In this document: one piece after another, positions 55,305-63,955 of the stretch
How the letters are laid out: each line of letters begins with the position of its first letter
Numbering within the stretch: the first letter of the stretch is position 1
Source: an uncultured Candidatus Saccharibacteria bacterium
GTDB taxonomy: Bacteria; Patescibacteriota; Minisyncoccia; Phycocordibacterales; UBA2100
Direction: 5' to 3'
DNA length: 64,000 nucleotides
Assembly: GCA_964462785.1 (NCBI GenBank)
Contig: CAYWZA010000003.1
Span: 1-64,000, forward strand
Position numbers and translations under genes: made by a program
Notes under the pieces: model-generated
Databases searched by the model: none
What the model saw: only the letters and a program-made list of their open reading frames with translations
What the model was told of the DNA's origin: nothing

Positions 55305-57248
55305 TTACCAGAATGATGAGTTGCTTTTCTTTCCCGTAATGGTGTTTTGTCCGGTGTAGCTGCCGGCAAGCGTGATGGCACTCGGGATGTTGATACCCCA
55401 ATAGTTGTATTTCGTCTGCGGAGAGCTGGTGGAGGTTGTTTTCGGCACGCGAATTTCAAACGATAGTGGCGAGGTGGAGGCGGTAATGGAATATGCCTCG
55501 GCATGGGAGTATGCGACTGATGTGGTAGCAACCTTCTGATTGGAGATCGGGATTTCGCGTGTGGAATCAATACCCCCTGCATCGCACGAATCCGCTACGG
55601 TCCAGTCCGTACACATGGTGTCGCCGTAAATATCTTCATCGAGGCCGACGTTACCCTGCGCGATCAGATCAGACGTGGTGGAAACGGCGAGCTGCTGCCC
55701 CGGCTCCAAGCTGCCGTAGAGAACCGAAGTGCTGGAGACATTGAACGCAAGGAAACTTTCGACGTCTCTGCTGTCGTCGGTGGTATCTGCCGTGAGTGTA
55801 CTCGAAGCGGCGTTGTCATCCTGAATACGCACCGATGCTTCCCATCGCTCGGATGTCCATGGAGTGGAGGCGTCTGTCGGATCGGCAATATACCAGAGCG
55901 GGAATGTACACTCCCAATCCACTGTGGGATCGGAGGCGCCACTGCATGCGCCGGAGCCCGTAGTCGTCGCAGCACAGGTCATGCCCGAGGGAAAACCGGT
56001 AAATAGTGTCGAAGTAGCTGCGTAGCAGTTGTTGGCATTGTATTCAGATGCCGTATCGCATCCGGTTTGCCCAACACCACTGCGATACACGGCGGTCACT
56101 GCAAAGGTCGTCTCGGCGCCGCCTGAGGAATTGAGGCAGCTGTTGTTGTCGGTCGCGGTGAAATGGACACGATACGGGCCCGAGGTGGAGACGGCTTGCC
56201 AGAGCGTGAGGCTGCCACCGGGGACGGGGTTGCTGCTGCTGTAGCTGTCGATAAGGGTGATCGTTGATCCATCAACAGCCGGAGCGACGTTATTGACGGA
56301 GAAGGTTGAATTGGAGCCGTAAATGGTCGATGTCGCCACTAGCCCGTGGCTGTCTATCATATACACGTATGCATTGTAGGATTTATCCTGAAGCGGAGTG
56401 GTGAGTGTGGTCGTTGTCGCTGCGTTTGAGGCAGCGAACGTGGACGTCGCCCATGAGCCACCCGCGCCGCAATAGGTTCCGTTGAAGTCGTTTGATTTAC
56501 AGACGAATAACTGCACCGTATCTGGCGTGCCTGTCGCGTCATTATCATACGCTGTGGATGTCCATGTGACCGTGCCACCCGGATCCTCCGGTCCGTCGTT
56601 AACGACGGCGGAAAATACCGGCGGGTGGTTCATCACGAATGGCGAGAATCTGCCATACGTCGATCTCCCCTGCTTCATTGCTCCGTTGCATCGCGCAAGC
56701 GACGCGTTTGCGTCGCACACATACGCGTACCATGCGTTGCCCTCTTGATCGAATGGAAAATATTCAATAGTGGATGTCGATGCTGTGGCATCTGAAGCGC
56801 TCGTAGTTGTTGCCGAGCGTGCCCAGCGATTTGATACACCACCGCCACACTCAGGTGGTGCATTTGAAGTCGCGGTCGGGGTGCTGCTTGCTTTGCAAAT
56901 CAATAAGAAATAATCGTCGTTGTTGGAATCAGTCGCACGTGCAGTCCATGAGATCGTGGCCCCTGCGTTCGTGGGAGTTGAGGTGGATGACTCTGCGGTT
57001 TCCTCTGCGTCGAGCGTCCATTGCGGCGGTGTGTTGAGCACGGTGACAGAGGTCGATACGTCGTCCGCGCGTGCTTCCGGCACACGCACTTCGAACATCA
57101 CGAAAAATATGAGCGCGGCAAGCGCAGTGGTGCCGAGCACGGTGGCAACGGCAATTTTTCCTGAATTGAAATGTGCATCGGAAAAATCTTCTGTGTCAAA
57201 AAATGAGAGCCGTGCGCGCATAGCAAAAAAGACTTCCCTCAATCTCAT
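55305..57248 (-). CDS. Large Thr/Ser-rich surface protein with repeated Ig/cadherin-like modules (adhesin-like)
   Basis: N-terminal TM/signal anchor. Repeated module starts NTPPQWT / NHPPVFS / NNVAPAV. Confidence 0.5.
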   Translation of the reverse strand: MRLREVFFAMRARLSFFDTEDFSDAHFNSGKIAVATVLGTTALAALIFFVMFEVRVPEARADDVSTSVTVLNTPPQWTLDAEETAESSTSTPTNAGATISWTARATDSNNDDYFLLICKASSTPTATSNAPPECGGGVSNRWARSATTTSASDATASTSTIEYFPFDQEGNAWYAYVCDANASLARCNGAMKQGRSTYGRFSPFVMNHPPVFSAVVNDGPEDPGGTVTWTSTAYDNDATGTPDTVQLFVCKSNDFNGTYCGAGGSWATSTFAASNAATTTTLTTPLQDKSYNAYVYMIDSHGLVATSTIYGSNSTFSVNNVAPAVDGSTITLIDSYSSSNPVPGGSLTLWQAVSTSGPYRVHFTATDNNSCLNSSGGAETTFAVTAVYRSGVGQTGCDTASEYNANNCYAATSTLFTGFPSGMTCAATTTGSGACSGASDPTVDWECTFPLWYIADPTDASTPWTSERWEASVRIQDDNAASSTLTADTTDDSRDVESFLAFNVSSTSVLYGSLEPGQQLAVSTTSDLIAQGNVGLDEDIYGDTMCTDWTVADSCDAGGIDSTREIPISNQKVATTSVAYSHAEAYSITASTSPLSFEIRVPKTTSTSSPQTKYNYWGINIPSAITLAGSYTGQNTITGKKSNSSFW

Positions 57249-57319
57249 ACAGTAAATAGTACCATTGAGCCGATTTTTCAGTTTTCAACACGTGTTGATA
57301 AGTGCTTCGCTCGGGTGTC

Positions 57320-57652
57320 CGCACACCTCTATCGGGGTACGAGTCTCGCCCCAGCGGGGCTCGCTCTGAAGTCTCGGCGCGCGGCCGCCTCTTTCAGGGC
57401 GGACCGTGCCCGCGCACCTGCGAACCCCCCGATAGAGGTGTGCGAACCCCCTCGCTCCGTTCGCCGGAAAGCGAGGGGCGCCCGCATGTATTTTTGAGGA
57501 TTGCGAAAGCGGGCTAGAGATACAAGGTGACGGAGCAGAAAAACTCAACCGTCCAAGCCGGAGGGCGCGTTTTGCGTTTTTCGTCGCGGAGGTGCCTATG
57601 TATCTCAGTACGCGAAGCATTCTCCTCAAAAATGCATGCGGGCGAACCGAGC
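57320..57652. ncRNA. Candidate structured RNA: two domains closed by long-range helices of 17-18 bp and 19 bp (one G-U), plus an outer 12-bp helix
   Basis: GCACACCTCTATCGGGG(57320-57336) pairs with CCCCGATAGAGGTGTGC(57426-57442). CCGCATGTATTTTTGAGGA(57481-57499) pairs with TCCTCAAAAATGCATGCGG(57622-57640). CGCTCCGTTCGC(57452-57463) pairs with GCGAACCGAGCG(57641-57652). Family unassigned. Confidence 0.4.
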
Positions 57653-57656
57653 GACA

Positions 57657-58865
57657 CTATTTGTATCTAATGGCGTCTAGGGGGTTGATTTTAGCGGCGC
57701 GGCGCGCAGGAAAGAGACCGGTGAGAAAGCCAACCCCCGCAGAGAATACTGCAATGAAAGTGATGAATGATAGCGGATATCTGAACAGGCTCACTGCTTC
57801 ACCACCGAAATTGCCTGCGGCAACGGCAAGCAATCCGTTGAGTATCACCCCGATGCCAACCCCGATACCGATACCGACAACACCTCCGAGGAATCCCACA
57901 ATAAGTGCTTCGGAAACGAACAGGATGACGATATCGCGTGACGACGCGCCGATGGTACGCATGACGCCGATTTCCGCAGTACGTTCAAGAAGTGTCACCG
58001 TCATTGTGTTGAACATGCCGATTGCAGAGACGGTAAGCGCGATCCCACCAAAGACCGCGAGCACCGCTTGAATGCCTTGGAAAATTTTGTTTGCTTGCTC
58101 GACTGTTTTTGAAAGCGCGGTCACGACGAATCCCTGTGCGATGATGCTATCTTGCACCGGTACTAATGAGTCGCTATCGAGGACGCGCACCTGCACGCGC
58201 TCATAAAATGGAATCTGGAAGTATGTCGAAAATTCATCGAGCGGAATGATGGATACGAGCGACGCCTCGTCGCTGGTCACCGCTTTAATTTTATATTCTT
58301 TATTGATCGGCACTTCAGTGACATCTTCGCTCCCCTCTTGCTTTACGAACACCCGAAACGTGATGCGTTTACCAATTGCATCTTCGGGATTTTCCAATCC
58401 AAAGAGTTTGAGCATCGCGATGGAGATAATTGCGGTGTCGCGATCTTCGAATGCAGTGTCAATCGAGAATAATTCCCCCGCCGATGCCTTGCCTCCAGTG
58501 TAGAGAAAGTAGGAAGGCTTCATGCCCTGCAGCGTGGTGTTGCCGGTGAGTCCTTCAAACGTCACTAAGGCGGGAAAACTTGCCATAGGCGAGATATCTT
58601 TCACCAACTCATTTGCAGCTATGGCGTCCACGGTCGCCTGGTCAAGCTTCACCGTAAGCGACGGCGGGTTTGCCACATTCAAGCTGAGGAGTGTCTCACC
58701 AAAGACGATGCGCTCAAGGATGATCCCTTGCAAACCAAAGCCCAAACCCACCAACGTGACCACCGCGCCCGTGCCGACGCCCATGCCCAAAATCGTGAGC
58801 CAAGTACGCGACGGGTTTGTCTTAAACATGCGCGTCGAGAGCATCAAAATATCCTTCATTTGCAT
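57657..58865 (-). CDS. ABC transporter permease, FtsX/MacB-like
   Basis: N-terminal TM, large extracytoplasmic domain and three C-terminal TM helices with the FtsX-like pattern. Confidence 0.75.
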   Translation of the reverse strand: MQMKDILMLSTRMFKTNPSRTWLTILGMGVGTGAVVTLVGLGFGLQGIILERIVFGETLLSLNVANPPSLTVKLDQATVDAIAANELVKDISPMASFPALVTFEGLTGNTTLQGMKPSYFLYTGGKASAGELFSIDTAFEDRDTAIISIAMLKLFGLENPEDAIGKRITFRVFVKQEGSEDVTEVPINKEYKIKAVTSDEASLVSIIPLDEFSTYFQIPFYERVQVRVLDSDSLVPVQDSIIAQGFVVTALSKTVEQANKIFQGIQAVLAVFGGIALTVSAIGMFNTMTVTLLERTAEIGVMRTIGASSRDIVILFVSEALIVGFLGGVVGIGIGVGIGVILNGLLAVAAGNFGGEAVSLFRYPLSFITFIAVFSAGVGFLTGLFPARRAAKINPLDAIRYK

Positions 58866-58871
58866 ACTGTT

Positions 58872-60218
58872 TTACGAATGAGCGCCCAAGAGTTCGTTAG
58901 GCTTAATGACATATCCTCCCTGCGCAATTAATTTCTCAAGATATCGGGAAATGAGGTACGCCTTATCGGTATCGAACGCCATGCCGCCCAAATGGAGCGG
59001 GAGTGAGAGCCGCCTTTCAAAATCGTCCCCCGTGATGATGCCGCCGACGCGCTCAGCAACGCTCTCCTGCAAGACCTTAAGCTGATCCGCGGATGCATGT
59101 AATTCAATTTCCCCTTTGATATACGTTAAAACGCTTTCAATAAATTTCTGTTGATGCAGAAACATATCGTCGTGGTGCATTTCCTCGCGAAACTTTGCGA
59201 CATCGCGCGAGTAATTCACCAACGTAAAAAGATTTTTTGCGATGCGACTCACCTCTTCCGCATGCATACCCACTCCCCCGTTCACGATAGGTTTCAACAA
59301 ATATTCTGCAAACATCTCCTCATCCATAGTGCCTTTGATAACTTCAAGCACTGCTTTTTCGAGCCGCTCGATTTGCGTGAAGCCAATACTCTGCGTCGCA
59401 AAGTTCACCAAACTTTTCACTTTGAGTTCAATCGGCTCGGCATAGGGATAGAGACGTGCGAGCTGTTCAATCTCAGTAACGATGGTCTCGCCGGGCTTTA
59501 CGCGTTTGATCTGCGGCTTTTCCGGATTCACCACAATGCGACGCAACACCCCATCGCGCATATAAAAGACGCGGTGTGCATACGGCAAATATTTGGCATC
59601 GTGCGTGACGAGAATCACCGTCTTTCTATCTTTCTCGTTAATCTCCTCGAAACTGTCCATAACGTGCTCGGCGGAGATACTGTCGAGGTTTCCCACCGGC
59701 TCATCAGCAAGCAAAATCTCGGGGTCGTTCACCAACGCGCGCGCCACGGCGACGCGCTGCTGCTGCCCACCGGACATGAGGATGGGAAGCTTCTTTTCGA
59801 GCATGTCATTGATGCCAAAACGCCGCAGCAATACCCGCGCGCGATCATTACGCTCCGCAACGGTTTTGTTCAAAAACACCATGGGGAGCGCCACGTTGTC
59901 GAGCACGGTGATTGAGGAAATGAGGTTGAACTGCTGGTACACGATGCCGATAGTGGTTTGCTGGTAGGCGTTCATTTCTGCGGGCGTATAGCGATAAATA
60001 TCTTCGCCGCGCACCAGCATGCGCCCATCCGCAGGCGGCACACCACCAAGAATCGTATAGAGCAGTGTCGATTTCCCACAGCCTGAGGGACCGAACAGAA
60101 TAATGTATTCGCGCGGATAAATTTCTACATTGATATTCTTGAGTGCATTGAATTCATTCGCCAAACCCTTGTTGTAGGTGATGAACATTTTATCCGTCTG
60201 CACTGATGTCTTCGACAT
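58872..60218 (-). CDS. ABC transporter ATP-binding protein (MacB-type) with a ~220-aa C-terminal extension
   Basis: Walker A GPSGCGKSTLL, signature LSGGQQQRVAVARAL, Walker B LLADEP. Start at an internal Met. Confidence 0.8.
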   Translation of the reverse strand: MSKTSVQTDKMFITYNKGLANEFNALKNINVEIYPREYIILFGPSGCGKSTLLYTILGGVPPADGRMLVRGEDIYRYTPAEMNAYQQTTIGIVYQQFNLISSITVLDNVALPMVFLNKTVAERNDRARVLLRRFGINDMLEKKLPILMSGGQQQRVAVARALVNDPEILLADEPVGNLDSISAEHVMDSFEEINEKDRKTVILVTHDAKYLPYAHRVFYMRDGVLRRIVVNPEKPQIKRVKPGETIVTEIEQLARLYPYAEPIELKVKSLVNFATQSIGFTQIERLEKAVLEVIKGTMDEEMFAEYLLKPIVNGGVGMHAEEVSRIAKNLFTLVNYSRDVAKFREEMHHDDMFLHQQKFIESVLTYIKGEIELHASADQLKVLQESVAERVGGIITGDDFERRLSLPLHLGGMAFDTDKAYLISRYLEKLIAQGGYVIKPNELLGAHS

Positions 60219-60252
60219 ACATACAGTGTAGCAAACCAAATGCTCTGCATGA

Positions 60253-61194
60253 TTATGTTATTCGTATGCCGCTCGTACTCGGCACCACAGTCACTTCTTC
60301 GGTGAGTGTAATTCCATCTGTGGCTTCCACCGCCCTCTTAGAGAGCCGCGCGAGCTCGCACACGTGCGCCGCTGTTGCACCGCCGGTATTCAAAAAATAA
60401 TTTGCATGGTGCATGCTTGATTGCGCTCCGCCGACATGCATCCCGCGCACATTGGCACGATCCAAAAGCCATCCTGCCGGCACGCGACCCTCACGACTCG
60501 TCTGCCCTTCACGCTCATACACCGCACGTATCTGATCGGGCACAACTGGATTCACAAAAAATGATCCGGCGCTTTGTATGTCTTGTATATGCTTGCGCTC
60601 GCGCGCAGCGATGGTTTCCGCAGCGATGCGTTCTATCTCAGGAGCAGAGCCGTGCGTAAGACGCAATGTCACTTGTGTAATGACCCATTCGGGATGCGCC
60701 TTGAATATACTTTCCCGATACCCGAATGCGCATGCCGCTGTATTGAACATGCGCTCAGTGTTCGCAGCCCCATCATAGACGCGCACCGACTCCACAATAT
60801 CTTTCATTTCGATGCCAAATGCGCCAGCATTGCCGCGCACTGCGCCGCCGATTGATCCGGGTATGCCCGCGAATTTCTCGAGCCCAGATAGACCAGCGGC
60901 CGCAGACGCTTCTACGACTCGCATAAGCGGGGCGCCTGCAGCGCTCGTGATTGTTTCGCCCTGCGTGCTGACGCGATCGTCCTTCATGAGAACAACCAGT
61001 CCGTTAAAACCCTCATCGGGAAACAGCGTATTGCTTCCGCCTCCGAGCACAAAACTCTCAATGCCGCGTTCGTGCGCGAACCGCAGCGCGGCAATGAGTT
61101 CATCTTCGTTGCTCACCTCGGCAAGCCACTGTGCTGCACCGCCGATATTGAACGTCGTGAGTGGAGCCAGCGCTACGTGTTCTCGTATCTGCAT
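60253..61194 (-). CDS. murB: UDP-N-acetylenolpyruvoylglucosamine reductase
   Basis: FAD-binding N-terminus (TTFNIGGAAQWLAEV) and MurB C-terminal domain. Confidence 0.85.
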   Translation of the reverse strand: MQIREHVALAPLTTFNIGGAAQWLAEVSNEDELIAALRFAHERGIESFVLGGGSNTLFPDEGFNGLVVLMKDDRVSTQGETITSAAGAPLMRVVEASAAAGLSGLEKFAGIPGSIGGAVRGNAGAFGIEMKDIVESVRVYDGAANTERMFNTAACAFGYRESIFKAHPEWVITQVTLRLTHGSAPEIERIAAETIAARERKHIQDIQSAGSFFVNPVVPDQIRAVYEREGQTSREGRVPAGWLLDRANVRGMHVGGAQSSMHHANYFLNTGGATAAHVCELARLSKRAVEATDGITLTEEVTVVPSTSGIRIT

Positions 61195-61201
61195 GAGTAT
61201 G

Positions 61202-62500
61202 TTATTCGTACTCTTCTATATGAGCACCGAGCTCTTTGAGCCGCTCATGTAAATTCTCATAGCCGCGATTGATGAGATACGTATTACGCAAATGCGATTC
61301 GCCCTTTGCGGCGAGCATGCCAATGAGGAGCATCGAGGCGGGGCGTAGCGCGGGCGGCGAATCGATATGCGCGGGGCGTAGCGGCGTCGGCCCGCGCACT
61401 GAGACGCGATGCGGGTCATAGAGTGTTATGTTTGCTCCCAGTTTGTTCATCTCCGTAAAATACAGCGCACGATTTTCATACACCCAATCGTGAATGAGTG
61501 TTTTGCCATCAGCCTGCGTCGCGACTGGCACAAAGAGCGGTAGATTATCAATATTGAGTCCCGGATACGGCATGGGGGCAATTTTTTCGTCTACCGCAAC
61601 GAGCGCTGATGGCTTCACGGTGATATCGACGAGCTGCACGCGACCATTGTTGCCAGTACTCCGTTCAGTACGGGAAAAGGCGAGCCCCATTTTAGCGAGT
61701 CGCACAAGCTCGAGATCGAGAAAATCTATCGGCGCGCGGCGAATCGTTATTTCTGCGCCGGCGGTCGCCGCAAGCGAAAGGAAAAACATCGCCTCAATAG
61801 GATCTTCGCTAGGCTCTCCTTCTGCGCGCATATCTATATGATCAACGCCGCGCACAATGAGTGTGGACGTACCAATACCCTCAATGCGTACACCGAGTTT
61901 TTCTAAAAACACACACAGATCCTGCACCATGTAATTCGCCGAAGCGAAACGAATGGTCGTGACGCCGGGAATAAGCGCCGCTGCCATGAGTGCATTTTCA
62001 ACACCGGTGTCACTCGCCTCATACATCACGATATCTGCGGGATGTTTTTTCTTTGCCTCAACATACCAGCCTTCTTTCGTGCCGCGCATCTCAATACCAA
62101 GCGCTTTGAGTGCATCGATGTGCGCTGTGAGTGAACGATTGCCCAATACGCATCCTCCGGGAACCGGTACCACAAAACTTTCTTCCCAATGCGAAAGCGC
62201 CCCCACGAGCATGGCAATAGAGCGTGTGCGTCCCGCGGCCTTTTTATCGATGCGATCAAGCCGCAATCGCTCCGGCGGCGTGATGGTGAGTGTATTATGC
62301 CTCCCCCACTTCACCGATACGCCAATGCTGCGCAGTACTTCGATAAGGCGATTCACTTCTTCGATGCGCGGCATGCGCATGAGTGTGGTCGTACCACGAT
62401 TCAAGAGCGATGCGCACAGGAGCGCCACCGCAGCATTTTTAGAAGTATTCACGGCAATCGAGCCGCTCAATTTTCTGCCGCCGTGTACTTTGTAGTTCAT
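61202..62500 (-). CDS. murA: UDP-N-acetylglucosamine 1-carboxyvinyltransferase
   Basis: MurA-like throughout. The start is set at the internal MNYKVHGGRKLSG, because the listed ORF extends over the adjacent tRNA-Leu gene. Confidence 0.85.
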   Translation of the reverse strand: MNYKVHGGRKLSGSIAVNTSKNAAVALLCASLLNRGTTTLMRMPRIEEVNRLIEVLRSIGVSVKWGRHNTLTITPPERLRLDRIDKKAAGRTRSIAMLVGALSHWEESFVVPVPGGCVLGNRSLTAHIDALKALGIEMRGTKEGWYVEAKKKHPADIVMYEASDTGVENALMAAALIPGVTTIRFASANYMVQDLCVFLEKLGVRIEGIGTSTLIVRGVDHIDMRAEGEPSEDPIEAMFFLSLAATAGAEITIRRAPIDFLDLELVRLAKMGLAFSRTERSTGNNGRVQLVDITVKPSALVAVDEKIAPMPYPGLNIDNLPLFVPVATQADGKTLIHDWVYENRALYFTEMNKLGANITLYDPHRVSVRGPTPLRPAHIDSPPALRPASMLLIGMLAAKGESHLRNTYLINRGYENLHERLKELGAHIEEYE

Positions 62501-62518
62501 GGTTTGTGCATTTTTGTG

Positions 62519-62602
62519 TGGGCACGAGAAGACTCGAACTTCCAAGAGGTTGCCCTCACTAGCTCCTGAAGCTAGCGCGTCTACCAATTCCGCCACGTGC
62601 CC
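62519..62602 (-). tRNA. tRNA-Leu (anticodon CAG)
   Basis: Manual fold of the reverse complement: acceptor GGGCACG/CGTGCCC, anticodon stem CTAGC/GCTAG with loop TTCAGGA, long variable arm, T-loop TTCGAGT. Confidence 0.8.
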
Positions 62603-62631
62603 TTACTTCTGCATTGTATATGCTGGCAACG

Positions 62632-62659
62632 AAAAAGAGGAGGGCTTGTGACCCTCCTC
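62632..62659 (-). terminator. Rho-independent terminator downstream of the cold-shock gene (GAGGAGGG/CCCTCCTC stem plus T5 on the minus strand)
   Basis: Seen directly. Confidence 0.6.
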
Positions 62660-62680
62660 CAGTAATGTCCGCTTGTGGAC

Positions 62681-62950
62681 CTAAGCGAGGACGACTTTCG
62701 TCGCCTTGAGTCCCGGCTTACCCGTCTTCGGGTTGACATCCTCTTCGAACGCCACCTGGACTTTCTGCCCCACCTTTAGAGGCTCGACGCCGAGGGTCGG
62801 TCCGTGTGCGAACACGTCCTTCCCGCCAACGTCGATAAAGCCCCAACTGTACGAGCCCTTCTCGCTCGTACCGCTGTTCCACTTCTTGACTGTCCCCGGC
62901 GCCATCTTGGGTGCAGTTTCGGTCGTAGCGGTTTTATTACGTCCAAACAT
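62681..62950 (-). CDS. Cold-shock domain protein (CspA family) with a short N-terminal extension
   Basis: GTVKKWNSGTSEKGYSWGFIDVGGKDVFAH matches the CSD RNP motifs. The true start may be Met-16. Confidence 0.8.
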   Translation of the reverse strand: MFGRNKTATTETAPKMAPGTVKKWNSGTSEKGSYSWGFIDVGGKDVFAHGPTLGVEPLKVGQKVQVAFEEDVNPKTGKPGLKATKVVLA

Positions 62951-62998
62951 TCTTTTCTTCCTTTTTCAATTACCGTCAATCTATTCGACGGCATCAAT

Positions 62999-63027
62999 AT
63001 TATATCACATTCAAACTTTTGTGCAAA
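62999..63027 (-). promoter_or_regulatory. Sigma70 promoter for csp: -35 TTTGCA, 17-nt spacer with TG, -10 TATAAT
   Basis: Read on the minus strand as GATTTGCACAAAAGTTTGAATGTGATATAAT. Implies a long 5' UTR, typical of csp genes. Confidence 0.6.
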
Positions 63028-63083
63028 TCGCTCTGTGGGTCTTTGTTTTGTGCCTGTGAAATAAGAGTTGGTACCGCCCTGCG

Positions 63084-63157
63084 TGCGCGTGATAGGACTC
63101 GAACCTATGACCTCGTCATTATCAGTGACGTGCTCTAACCAGCTGAGCTACACGCGC
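63084..63157 (-). tRNA. tRNA-Ile (anticodon GAU)
   Basis: Manual fold of the reverse complement: acceptor GCGCGTG/CACGCGC, D-arm GCTC-AGCTGGTTA-GAGC, anticodon stem CGTCA/TGACG with loop CTGATAA, T-arm ATAGG-TTCGAGT-CCTAT. Confidence 0.8.
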
Positions 63158-63220
63158 ACGCAAAGTACTACAAAGACTCTTATTCTCCCCCGAGCGACAG
63201 GTTTATATGCTGCGCATATT

Positions 63221-63258
63221 CAGTGACGTGCTCTAACCAGCTGAGCTACACACGCAGC
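63221..63258 (-). pseudogene. Duplicated 5' half of tRNA-Ile(GAU) (acceptor through the start of the anticodon loop), 32 nt identical
   Basis: GTGTAGCTCAGCTGGTTAGAGCACGTCACTGA is repeated about 65 nt upstream (in tRNA orientation) of the intact gene. Confidence 0.6.
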
Positions 63259-63334
63259 TTCTGCAATATAGCAAAAACTCTTGCATTTGTGTAGTTTTTG
63301 TCCTCCCTACACTTTTTGCCTTATGCGGTAAAAA

Positions 63335-63955
63335 GTGTGCGGGCGTGTACCTGACGCAGAGCTGCTGTACACTATAGACGTGGCTTTGTACGAAAAAATT
63401 CCCGCATGGGCATATGCAACCGGCATTGCAGGTGTGTTTGTGGTGCTGGTGGGAAGTATGTACGCAATGGGTCATGTACCGATATGCAAATGCGGATACA
63501 TAAAACTGTGGCATGGGATTGTGGTGAGCTCGGAGAATTCGCAGCATATCTCCGATTGGTATTCTTTCTCGCACATCATCCATGGATTTATTTTTTACTG
63601 GATCGCATGGCTTCTCTTTCCAAAATCTCCAGTGCTCTTTCGCCTGTTACTCGCACTGTCCGTCGAAGTGGCGTGGGAATTGTTTGAAAACACTGATTTC
63701 ATCATCAATCGCTACCGTGAAGCAACCATCTCGCTCGATTACTACGGTGACAGCATCATCAATTCAGTGATGGACACCGCATTTGCGCTGCTGGGTTTTC
63801 TGATGGCGTGGCGGCTGCCGATCGTAATCACGATAGCGCTCATGCTCGCGATGGAAATATGTGTCGGCTGGTATATCCACGACAACCTGCTGCTCAACAT
63901 CATTATGCTCATCCATCCGTTTCAATTTATCCTAGATTGGCAAGCGAGCACCTGA
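63335..63955 (+). CDS. UPF0314/DUF2585-like multi-pass membrane protein
   Basis: Four to five TM helices with conserved-looking blocks KCGYIKLWHGIVVSSENSQHISDWYSFSHIIHGFIFYW. Confidence 0.45.
   Translation: MCGRVPDAELLYTIDVALYEKIPAWAYATGIAGVFVVLVGSMYAMGHVPICKCGYIKLWHGIVVSSENSQHISDWYSFSHIIHGFIFYWIAWLLFPKSPVLFRLLLALSVEVAWELFENTDFIINRYREATISLDYYGDSIINSVMDTAFALLGFLMAWRLPIVITIALMLAMEICVGWYIHDNLLLNIIMLIHPFQFILDWQAST

Noticed and set aside
57320-57652. Identification of the structured element as RNase P RNA, SRP RNA or a c-di-GMP riboswitch
   Set aside because: The hallmark motifs are absent on either strand: GGAAAGUCCGGGCUCC / ACAGAAACCCGGCUUA for RNase P, the GGAAGCAGCC domain IV motif for SRP RNA, and the GEMM motifs.
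57285-58071. ORFs 57285-57629 (minus) and 57592-58071 (plus) across the GC-rich structured region
   Set aside because: They overlap the palindromic helices and the 3' end of the permease gene. Compositionally biased (Arg/Ala/Pro-rich), likely non-coding.
61202-62596. Full 464-aa murA ORF as listed
   Set aside because: Its N-terminal 32 codons run across the tRNA-Leu(CAG) gene. The MurA consensus begins at the internal MNYKVHGG, so the start was moved to ~62500.
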